Shown piece after piece: positions 18,546 through 26,588 of a stretch of DNA of 64,000 bases. The stretch comes from Candidatus Latescibacterota bacterium. GTDB lineage: Bacteria; Latescibacterota; UBA2968; UBA8231. The notes under the pieces were generated by a model. That model made no database searches. It was not told the DNA's origin and saw nothing but the letters and a program-made list of their open reading frames with translations. Made by a program: the position numbers and the translations under genes. Position 1 is the first letter of the stretch; every line of letters starts with the position of its first letter. The stretch spans positions 4,384,001 through 4,448,000 of the forward strand of contig OZ241867.1 in the NCBI GenBank assembly GCA_965203175.1, in the 5' to 3' direction.

Positions 18546-20671
18546 AAGCTACCCTCTGTGTGCGCGGTGCTCGGGCGGGCGGTCTGGCCAATGTCGATAT
18601 GGACTTGCCGTTGGGCCGGATTATCTGCTTTACCGGCCGCAGTAGTAGCGGTCGCCGCTCCATGGCCTTAGACATCCTGTACGCGGAGAGCCGCCGCCGC
18701 TATATGCAGGCCCTGTCTCCGGCTGAACGCGAAAGCGTCAGCGGGACGGCGCGCGCGGATGTGGACGAGATCTCGGGCTTGCCGCCAGCCATTTACTTGG
18801 GGGCACCGCGCCGTGGACGCACGGTGGGAGACTACTTGCAGCTAGACGGGATTTTGGCGCAGATCATGCTGGAAGAGGGACAGATGCACTGCTTCGAATG
18901 CGGCAGCCGCTGTCGCTGCTATGCGGCCGATGAGGTTGAACGCGAAGTCGCCCGCGTCCATCCGGACACCCACTGTTTGGTGTTGGCTCCTTTGACTCTG
19001 CGGAACGAGGGGATGTGGCAACAGCTCTTGCAGGCTGGGTTTACGCGGATTGCAATCGACGGCCAGATCCAGCGGTTGGAAGGCGACGGGCCAGCATTGC
19101 CGAGCGACGAAAGCGAGGTACACGTGGTGGTGGACCGGTTGGTGCCGGACCCGAACGACAGTGTGCGCTTTTTGGAAGCCGTGCGCGTGAGCCGCTCGAT
19201 TTCGTCGGGGCAGACGGTGGTTTGGGTGGACGGGGCCAGCGAGATGATGCACTTGAACCAGCAGCCGACTTGTGGCGAGTGCGGTCGTCAGTACGAACCG
19301 CTAGCTGCGGCTGACTTCGGCGTGGGTCAGCCTTTGGCTGGTCAAATGACTCTGCACGGTCGCACCATGGACGAACTGATGAATGCTCCCCTCAGCTCGT
19401 TGCGCGATTGGCTAGCCGCTGCTGGCCAAGAGGGACACGGGCGCGCCAAAGTAGAGGCCGCACTCGCCGAGGCTTGCGGTTTGGCACTGGGACACCTGCC
19501 GTTGAGCCATCGGCTCGAATCGCTGGCGGCTGGCGAGTGGCAGCGACTGCAGTTGGGCTCCTGTCTCAGCAGCGGCCTGACGGGCATCTTCTACATTTTG
19601 GAAGGTTTGGGCAACCAATTGTCAGGAGAAATGCTGGATGTGGTCGCAGCGGGTCTGCGCCGGCTAGTCGCTGGCGGCAATACTGCGCTGTTATTGGATC
19701 ACACGCCTGCACTCGTGGCGGTCGCGGACGAAGTCTGGGCGTTTGCAGGAGGGCAGGTCCAGGTAGGGGAGCCGACTGAAATAGAGCGGGATGAAGCGGA
19801 TGAAAATCGGGTCACTGAGAAAGTTGCGCTGGCATTGACCATCTGCGGGAACGGTGTGGTCGGGCCGCTTGCTATCGAACTGCCGCACGGAAAGTTGACC
19901 TGCGTATGCGGGCCTTCCGGCAGCGGCAAAACCCGCTTTCTGCAAGAAGTCTTGCTGCCGCTGCTCAAGGGACGGCCCGTCGAGTACGCTGCTGCGAGTA
20001 TGCCGAGGAACAGCCGCGTTGTAACGGTGGAAGCCCCGAGCGGCAAGGCCACGGTTTTGGAGGGGCTGGGCCTTTTCGAGCGCGTTGCCGATTTATATGC
20101 CACATCACCGGCCGCGACGTCACGCGGCTGGGATCGGGACACCTTTCTGTTGGATCGGCCGGGAGGTCGTTGTCCTAGCTGTGAAGGTCGCGGCCAATGC
20201 TACTTCGATTTGGAATTTCTGGAGGATATAGCACTGGTGTGCGCCTCTTGCGAAGGCCGCAGGTACAAAGACGAGATCTGCGAAGTGACCTTGCGCGGCG
20301 CAAGCATCGCCGATGTGCTGGGCATGACCTTGGAACAGGCTTGTACCCACTTTGCCCGACACGACCCAATCCGCTCGCGCCTAGAGGCAGCAGTCGGCTG
20401 TGGCCTCGGCTATCTACTCTTGGGACAGGAGGTGCAGGAGCTGGAGCGGGGGGAGTGGTTGCGGTTGCGGCTGGCGCTCGAATCGACGCGGATCTCCCGG
20501 CGCACTTGGATGCTAATCGACGATCCAGCCAGCGGCGATCATCCAGAAGATGTACGCGCGATGGTCGCGGCCTTGCGGGGGCTGGTGGATCGCGGGGCCA
20601 CCGTTGTCGTCGTCGACCAGCATCCAACGGTGGGGGCAGCGGCGGATTGGGTGGTGGATTTGGCGTGCTAA
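18542..20671 (+). CDS. Divergent UvrA-like protein with degenerate ABC-ATPase motifs
   Basis: LCVRGAR..NVDMDLP, LYAESRRRY, VDEISGLPPAI, VVVDRL, GGRCPSCEGRG..CASCEGRRY, GLGYLLLGQ and ADWVVDL are collinear with UvrA; only 709 aa; TTG start overlaps the upstream stop. Confidence 0.82.
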   Translation: MKATLCVRGARAGGLANVDMDLPLGRIICFTGRSSSGRRSMALDILYAESRRRYMQALSPAERESVSGTARADVDEISGLPPAIYLGAPRRGRTVGDYLQLDGILAQIMLEEGQMHCFECGSRCRCYAADEVEREVARVHPDTHCLVLAPLTLRNEGMWQQLLQAGFTRIAIDGQIQRLEGDGPALPSDESEVHVVVDRLVPDPNDSVRFLEAVRVSRSISSGQTVVWVDGASEMMHLNQQPTCGECGRQYEPLAAADFGVGQPLAGQMTLHGRTMDELMNAPLSSLRDWLAAAGQEGHGRAKVEAALAEACGLALGHLPLSHRLESLAAGEWQRLQLGSCLSSGLTGIFYILEGLGNQLSGEMLDVVAAGLRRLVAGGNTALLLDHTPALVAVADEVWAFAGGQVQVGEPTEIERDEADENRVTEKVALALTICGNGVVGPLAIELPHGKLTCVCGPSGSGKTRFLQEVLLPLLKGRPVEYAAASMPRNSRVVTVEAPSGKATVLEGLGLFERVADLYATSPAATSRGWDRDTFLLDRPGGRCPSCEGRGQCYFDLEFLEDIALVCASCEGRRYKDEICEVTLRGASIADVLGMTLEQACTHFARHDPIRSRLEAAVGCGLGYLLLGQEVQELERGEWLRLRLALESTRISRRTWMLIDDPASGDHPEDVRAMVAALRGLVDRGATVVVVDQHPTVGAAADWVVDLAC

Positions 20672-20700
20672 AAGCCGCAATGTTGTTGCGACATATTATC

Positions 20701-20729
20701 TTGCGAGATGTATCGCTCCTATCTATCTT
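20701..20729 (+). promoter_or_regulatory. Putative sigma70 promoter of the CBS-korAB operon
   Basis: TTGCGA-N17-TATCTT in an AT-rich intergenic region. Confidence 0.5.
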
Positions 20730-20801
20730 AAATTGGATATAGTTGTTCAAGTAAGCGAGGTGAATAATGCGGTATCCAAGCCCCGAGAAAGGGGCTTTCT
20801 A

Positions 20802-21269
20802 ATGAAGGTCGTACATAAGTTACACGAAGAGGTCATTGGCCATCTGGATCTAGACGGGTACGCCCTGTGCGAGCCGCAAGAGTCGGTCCTTGAAGCACTC
20901 AAGAAAATGCGCCACCAACACGTCAGCGCCGTGCTGGTGGAAGAAGACGGCCGCTTGGTAGGGATTTTTACCGAGCGCGATGCACTCACCAAAGTGGCCG
21001 ATCAGCCGGCGACGTGGACGCGGCCCGTGGCCGAATTGATGACCCGCGATCCGCACAGCTTGGATGCCCAACAGCCGATCAGCAGCGCCCTACGGCTGAT
21101 GGTCGCTGGTGACTATCGCAATGTGCCGATTGTGGAAGAAAACGGCCGCATAAGGGGGAATTTGCCCCAACACGAGGTCATCCGCTTTCTCACCGATCAG
21201 TTTCCCGAAGACATTTACAATTTGCCACCCGATCCCGAGCGCATCGCCCAAACCAAAGAGGGCGCTTGA
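20802..21269 (+). CDS. CBS-domain protein
   Basis: LVGIFTERD, LMTRDP and YRNVPIV motifs; start reassigned to ATG 20802. Confidence 0.88.
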   Translation: MKVVHKLHEEVIGHLDLDGYALCEPQESVLEALKKMRHQHVSAVLVEEDGRLVGIFTERDALTKVADQPATWTRPVAELMTRDPHSLDAQQPISSALRLMVAGDYRNVPIVEENGRIRGNLPQHEVIRFLTDQFPEDIYNLPPDPERIAQTKEGA

Positions 21270-21317
21270 GCATGCGCTGCGGATCGAGATCTTTTTCTTT
21301 TTAAGGAGGTCATGTGC

Positions 21318-23192
21318 ATGGCCGAAATCGTGGCCCCATCGGCACCTACGAGTAAGCGAGAATACTCGCAAGAAGAGCGCCAATCTGTAGTCATCTCATT
21401 TTCCGGCGATTCGGGCGATGGGATGCAGCTAACCGGCGGGCAGTTTACCAATACTTCAGCCGTGGTGGGCAACGATGTCAGTACCTTTCCCGACATTCCC
21501 GCCGAAATCCGCGCCCCGGCGGGGACCATTCCCGGGCTGAGCGGCTATCAGGTCAACTTTGCCGCCAACGATCTCTACACAGCTGGCGACTCGCCCCAAG
21601 TGCTAGTGGCGATGAACCCGGCCGCGCTCAAAGCCAATTTGCCCGATCTCGAGCCGGGCGGGACCATCATCGTCAATACGGACCCGTTCAACCGCAATGG
21701 CCTCCGCAAGGCCGGGTACGAGGCGAACCCGCTCGAAGACGACAGCCTCAGCGGCTACGACGTGCACCCGGTCCCCTTGACCACGCTGACTCGCAATGCC
21801 CTCGCCGACATCGAGGGCATGAGTAACCAAGCAAAGGACATGTGCAAGAATGCCTTTGTCTTGGGCTTGGTGTTCTGGATGTTCGACCGTCCGCTCGATT
21901 ACACGCTCAAGTTCTACCAGACTAAGTTCGCCGGCCGCCCCGAGGTGGTTGAGGCCAATACGAGGGCCTTGAAAGCGGGCTACTACTACGGCGAAACGGC
22001 CGAGACCTTTCAGACGCAGATCTCGGTGCCGAAGCGAGAGATTGTCGAGCCGGGAGTGTACAAGCGGATCACTGGCAATGAGGCGATTGTCTTAGGGCTG
22101 GTCACGGCCGCGCAAAAGGCCGGCAAACCGCTCTTTTACGGCTCGTATCCCATCACGCCGGCCAGCACTATTCTAGAGGGGTTGTCGGCACTGAAGAACT
22201 TCGACGTGCGAACGTTCCAGGCCGAGGACGAGATCGCAGCTATGGGTTCGGTGATTGGCGCGGCCTTTGCCGGCAGCCTCGCGGCTACCGCCAGTAGCGG
22301 CCCGGGCATCGCGCTCAAGAGCGAGGGGATCAACTTGGCCGTAGTTATGGAGTTGCCACTAGTGATCGTTGACGTCCAGCGCGGTGGTCCTAGCACGGGC
22401 TTGCCCACTAAGACCGAGCAGGCCGATTTGCTGGAGGTGCTCTACGGACGCAACGGCGAAAGCCCAATCCCGGTCATTGCTCCGGCGACCCCAGGCGAAT
22501 GCTTCGACATGATCATCGAGGCCTTCCGCATTGCCGTTCGCTATATGACGCCGGTTTTTGTCCTGTCCGATGGGTACGTGGCCAACAACTCCGAGCCGTG
22601 GAAAATACCAGATGCGGATTCTATCGCGGCTATTGATGCCGAGCCGTACACGGATCCCGACGACTACCAACCCTACATGCGCGACCCGCAGACTTTGGCT
22701 AGGCCCTGGGTCGTGCCGGGGACGCCGGGGCTGGAGCACCGGATCGGCGGTTTGGGCAAGCAGGATGTGACGGGCAATGTCTCCTACGCGCCCGAAGACC
22801 ACGAGCGCATCGTCCATGTCCGGGCTGACAAAATCCGCGGCATCGCCGATTTCGCTCCCGAGTTAGAAGTGACCGGTCCCGAGCAAGGGGATTTGCTGGT
22901 CTTAGGCTGGGGGGGAACGTACGGCGCCATTCGCGCAGCTGTTGAGCAAGTGCGGAACGAGGGCCTCGACGTGGCCTACGCACACCTGCGCTACTTGAAC
23001 CCGTTTCCCCGCAACCTCGGCAATGTGCTCGGCCGCTACAAGCAAGTGTTGGTACCCGAGCTAAATCTCGGCCAATTGGCCCTGTTGGTCCAAGCGCATT
23101 TCCCCGTGCGCGTCGTCAAGCTGAACAAGGTCCAGGGGGCCCCCTTCCAAATTCGGGAAGTGGCCGACAAAATTCGCCAAGTGCTAAGCTAA
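21318..23192 (+). CDS. korA: 2-oxoacid:ferredoxin oxidoreductase, alpha subunit
   Basis: GDSGDGMQL, EIRAPAGT, YPITPAS, QAEDEIAA, QRGGPSTGLPTKTEQ and HRIGGL motifs; SD AGGAGG 8 nt before ATG 21318. Confidence 0.95.
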   Translation: MAEIVAPSAPTSKREYSQEERQSVVISFSGDSGDGMQLTGGQFTNTSAVVGNDVSTFPDIPAEIRAPAGTIPGLSGYQVNFAANDLYTAGDSPQVLVAMNPAALKANLPDLEPGGTIIVNTDPFNRNGLRKAGYEANPLEDDSLSGYDVHPVPLTTLTRNALADIEGMSNQAKDMCKNAFVLGLVFWMFDRPLDYTLKFYQTKFAGRPEVVEANTRALKAGYYYGETAETFQTQISVPKREIVEPGVYKRITGNEAIVLGLVTAAQKAGKPLFYGSYPITPASTILEGLSALKNFDVRTFQAEDEIAAMGSVIGAAFAGSLAATASSGPGIALKSEGINLAVVMELPLVIVDVQRGGPSTGLPTKTEQADLLEVLYGRNGESPIPVIAPATPGECFDMIIEAFRIAVRYMTPVFVLSDGYVANNSEPWKIPDADSIAAIDAEPYTDPDDYQPYMRDPQTLARPWVVPGTPGLEHRIGGLGKQDVTGNVSYAPEDHERIVHVRADKIRGIADFAPELEVTGPEQGDLLVLGWGGTYGAIRAAVEQVRNEGLDVAYAHLRYLNPFPRNLGNVLGRYKQVLVPELNLGQLALLVQAHFPVRVVKLNKVQGAPFQIREVADKIRQVLS

Positions 23193-23207
23193 AGCAGGGA
23201 GATCGAG

Positions 23208-24227
23208 ATGGCCGAAGCAGTTGTAGAGACCGGGTTGAGCCGCAAGGATTTTGTTTCCGACCAAGAGGTTCGCTGGTGCCCTGGGTGCGGCGACTACGCG
23301 ATTTTGGCCCAAATGCAAAAGATGCTGCCCGAAGTGGGGGTCGCGCGGGAAGACATTGTATTCGTCTCCGGGATCGGCTGCTCTAGCCGCTTTCCCTACT
23401 ACATGAATACGTACGGCATTCACTCGATCCACGGGCGCGCGCCCACGATCGCCACGGGAATCAAGACGGCCAACCCGGATTTGAGCGTCTGGGTCATCAC
23501 CGGCGATGGCGATGGGCTTTCGATTGGTGGCAATCACCTCTTGCACAGCCTCCGGCGCAATGTCGATCTGAAAATTATTCTGTTCAACAACCGCATCTAC
23601 GGGCTTACCAAGGGCCAGTACTCGCCGACCTCGCTGATAGGGCACCGCACCACATCCACCCCTATGGGGTCGATTGACTATCCGCTCAATCCCATATCCG
23701 TGGCGCTGAGTGCCGAAGCAACCTTTGTCGCTCGCTCGCAGGACACCAATACCAAGCACCTGAGCTACGTACTCAAGCGAGCGGCCGAACACAAGGGTGC
23801 CGCTTTTGTCGAGATCTACCAAAATTGCGTCGTGCTCAATCCCACGGCTTGGGAGCACACTACGGATTCGGATGTGCGCGACGATAATATCGTGTTCTTA
23901 GAAGAGGGGGAGCCCCTCATCTTCGGGAAGGATCGGGACCGGGGCATTCGCATGAACGGCACCGAGCCCGAGGTTGTCGCACTCAGTGATGTGGCCCCAG
24001 ACGAGTTGGTCGTGCATCGCGAAGGGCGTGAAAACGCCAGCTACGCCTATATGCTCAGTCGGATGGAATACCCGTCAATGCCGCTGCCCTTTGGCGTGTT
24101 GCGCGCTCTTGACAGGCCAAGCTACACTGAGTTGTTGTTCGACCAAATCGACGCGACGACCCAACAGCGGGGCGAAGGTGACCTCGCGGCGCTGTTTAGC
24201 GCGGGCGATACTTGGGTCGTCGAATAG
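23208..24227 (+). CDS. korB: 2-oxoacid:ferredoxin oxidoreductase, beta subunit
   Basis: WCPGCGD, SGIGCSSR, GDGD..NN ThDP-binding motif and YGLTKGQYSPT. Confidence 0.95.
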   Translation: MAEAVVETGLSRKDFVSDQEVRWCPGCGDYAILAQMQKMLPEVGVAREDIVFVSGIGCSSRFPYYMNTYGIHSIHGRAPTIATGIKTANPDLSVWVITGDGDGLSIGGNHLLHSLRRNVDLKIILFNNRIYGLTKGQYSPTSLIGHRTTSTPMGSIDYPLNPISVALSAEATFVARSQDTNTKHLSYVLKRAAEHKGAAFVEIYQNCVVLNPTAWEHTTDSDVRDDNIVFLEEGEPLIFGKDRDRGIRMNGTEPEVVALSDVAPDELVVHREGRENASYAYMLSRMEYPSMPLPFGVLRALDRPSYTELLFDQIDATTQQRGEGDLAALFSAGDTWVVE

Positions 24228-24238
24228 GAGAAGAGCCA

Positions 24239-24757
24239 TTGATTTGCCCCTCGTGTTCTCACGACAATATCTCTGGAGTGGACCTCTGCGAGGAGTGCGG
24301 CCAGAGCCTGAGCGAAGCGTACCAAGATTGGAGCAGCGAGGAGTTCAGGGGAATTTTTACTGAGCCGCTTTCCGCGCTCGATCCGCAGGAAATGGTCTGC
24401 GTGTCGCCGACTACGTCGTTAGCCGAGGTCATCTCACTGCTCAAGGAGCGGCACGTCGGCTGCGTGTTGGTGACCGGCGAGGGCGGGCAGCTAATCGGCA
24501 TATTTACCGAGCGCGACATCCTCTATCGGGTGGCGGGCTTAATCAGCGATTTGGAACAGATCGCAGTCGAGAGCCTGATGACGCCGAAACCCACCGCGCT
24601 CAAGGCCGATGCGGCCGTGCAGCACGCTCTGCATTTGATGAGCATCCACGGCTTCCGCCACGTGCCGCTATTGGACGATGACGACCGCCCGGTTGGCTTG
24701 GTCTCGTTTAGGTACATCGTCCGTTTTATCGAAGAGAATTTTTCCTCCGCAGCTTGA
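24239..24757 (+). CDS. CBS-domain protein with an N-terminal zinc ribbon
   Basis: TTG start after SD AGGAG; CPSC..CEECG; LIGIFTERD and GFRHVP. Confidence 0.85.
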   Translation: MICPSCSHDNISGVDLCEECGQSLSEAYQDWSSEEFRGIFTEPLSALDPQEMVCVSPTTSLAEVISLLKERHVGCVLVTGEGGQLIGIFTERDILYRVAGLISDLEQIAVESLMTPKPTALKADAAVQHALHLMSIHGFRHVPLLDDDDRPVGLVSFRYIVRFIEENFSSAA

Positions 24758-24807
24758 GGGAGTTGGCCGCTGAGCTCACTCCAGTTTTCTTGAAAGGCGG
24801 TTGCGAT

Positions 24808-25290
24808 ATGCCATTGAGCCGCACGGCGATATGTTTACTCCTCGCGTTAGTCCTGTTAAGTCCTCTAGGAGTTAGGGCTGAATTAGACTGGGCCACTCTG
24901 AATAGCACGCGCGAGATCACCGAAGCCGAGTGGTTACAGGTACAACTGTCCGTATTGGGGTTAAAACTGAGCTATCCGGCCTACCGCATCGACCTAAAGC
25001 TGACCGAAGACTCGGCGATTGAATTTACCTTTATCGCCAGTAGTGGGATGGCCGAGCATCTGACCGAAGACCTAGGTAAGAGCGAAGCCGAAGAGGTGAT
25101 TTCCTACCACGCGCAGGGCATAAGCGACCAAGTAGAGGCATTGGTCCGCGATGAGTTCCCGGACTTATGGTCGGGCTTTGACGTCGACGAAGATGTCCGC
25201 GGGCAATTCCTCGGCCCAGGTGAGAAGTGGAACGATCCGCCGCGAGAAATCGGCACTTGGTTGGAAAACAAATTCTCTTGGGGACGCTAA
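24808..25290 (+). CDS. Hypothetical exported protein
   Basis: Signal peptide MPLSRTAICLLLALVLLSPLGVRA followed by an acidic mature part. Confidence 0.7.
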   Translation: MPLSRTAICLLLALVLLSPLGVRAELDWATLNSTREITEAEWLQVQLSVLGLKLSYPAYRIDLKLTEDSAIEFTFIASSGMAEHLTEDLGKSEAEEVISYHAQGISDQVEALVRDEFPDLWSGFDVDEDVRGQFLGPGEKWNDPPREIGTWLENKFSWGR

Positions 25291-25302
25291 GCGCTAGTGC
25301 CC

Positions 25303-25539
25303 TCATTCCGGGTCGCGGAGGGGCATTGCGCCTTGCGTTGACTCGTCGAGGGAGATGTCCTTGTCGATGACCGGCTCTTCGGTGATCACGATCCAGCCGC
25401 GCACCCGCTGACCGAAAACGCTAATCTCCTTGCGCTGGGCGTCGATGACCCTGGACGAAGCCGTATGCCGCTCTTTGTTGATACAGAAAAAGGTGTGCCG
25501 TCGCGTCACTCCTTTTTCTTTCCCTTCCATGCTTTCCAT
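25303..25539 (-). CDS. Small hypothetical protein
   Basis: ORF fills the gap downstream of hemE in the same orientation; start codon uncertain (25539 or 25530). Confidence 0.5.
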   Translation of the reverse strand: MESMEGKEKGVTRRHTFFCINKERHTASSRVIDAQRKEISVFGQRVRGWIVITEEPVIDKDISLDESTQGAMPLRDPE

Positions 25540-25552
25540 TCGCTTTACCCTT

Positions 25553-26584
25553 TCAAGTTTGCGCGAATTGGTGGACCACATCCACTAACGATTTGACCTT
25601 TTCATAGGGCGTGTCTGGATAGACGCCGTGCCCCAAGTTGAAGATGTGGGGGCGACCTCGGCCCTGCTCCAGAATGCGCTGGGCCGCCGCGGCAATGCTC
25701 GCTTCCGAGCCGTAGAGGGCACAGGGATCTAGATTGCCCTGTAAAGGCATGGTATCCCCGAACAATCCATAAGCTGTATCTAAGTCGATTCGCCAATCGA
25801 GGCTCAGGACATGGGCACCGACGCGGCCAAAGCAAGACAGGTTTTGCGCCCCGGCAAACGGGAAGTAAATGACCGGAACATTCAGTGGGGCGAGACTGCG
25901 GCAAACTCGCTGTACATAGGGCAAGGCGAATTCGTTGAATTGCGTCGGGGACAACAAACCGATGGAAGTATCGAAAATCTGGACGGCTTGGGCTCCGGCT
26001 TCTATCTGTGCGCGCAAGAAGCGGCCGACGAGATCGCTGAGCAGATCGAGGAGCCGATGGGCGAGAGCAGGATTGCTGTGGATCATACGGCGGAAGGCGG
26101 GGAAGTCTTTCGCATGACCTCCTTCCACCAGCCAAGTGGCCAAGGTAAAAGGCCCCCCGGCATACCCGATGAGCGGGACGGCTGGCGGCAGGGCGCTGTG
26201 CGCTAGCCGGGCGGCTTCTAAGACGTAGGCGAGGTCATCTTCGGGGACGGGGTTGTGGAGACCGTCGATGTCGGCGGCGGAGCGGATAGGGCGGGCGAAA
26301 ATTGGGCCAGGTGCGTAGGTCAGTTCGCAGCCGAGCGCTTCTAAGGGCGTCACTAAGTCGGTAAAGAGAATGGCCGCATCGACCCCGAGCAGATCGACCG
26401 GCATGAGGGTAATTTCAGCGGCGAGCTCGGGGGTTTTGAAAAGTGTGAGCAGTGAGCCGTGCCGCTGACGTAGCTCCCTGTAAGGTTTGAGAATGCGGCC
26501 AGCTTGGCGCATGATCCAGATGGGAGGAGTCGCCGGCACTTGGCCCCGACAGGCTTGGAGAAAGGGGGCGGATGGATCGGACAA
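25553..26584 (-). CDS. hemE: Uroporphyrinogen decarboxylase
   Basis: PIWIMRQAGR, DAAILFTD, GGPFTLA, QGNLDP and FNLGHG motifs; probable TTG start just after the upstream stop. Confidence 0.93.
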   Translation of the reverse strand: MSDPSAPFLQACRGQVPATPPIWIMRQAGRILKPYRELRQRHGSLLTLFKTPELAAEITLMPVDLLGVDAAILFTDLVTPLEALGCELTYAPGPIFARPIRSAADIDGLHNPVPEDDLAYVLEAARLAHSALPPAVPLIGYAGGPFTLATWLVEGGHAKDFPAFRRMIHSNPALAHRLLDLLSDLVGRFLRAQIEAGAQAVQIFDTSIGLLSPTQFNEFALPYVQRVCRSLAPLNVPVIYFPFAGAQNLSCFGRVGAHVLSLDWRIDLDTAYGLFGDTMPLQGNLDPCALYGSEASIAAAAQRILEQGRGRPHIFNLGHGVYPDTPYEKVKSLVDVVHQFAQT

Positions 26585-26588
26585 AGCG

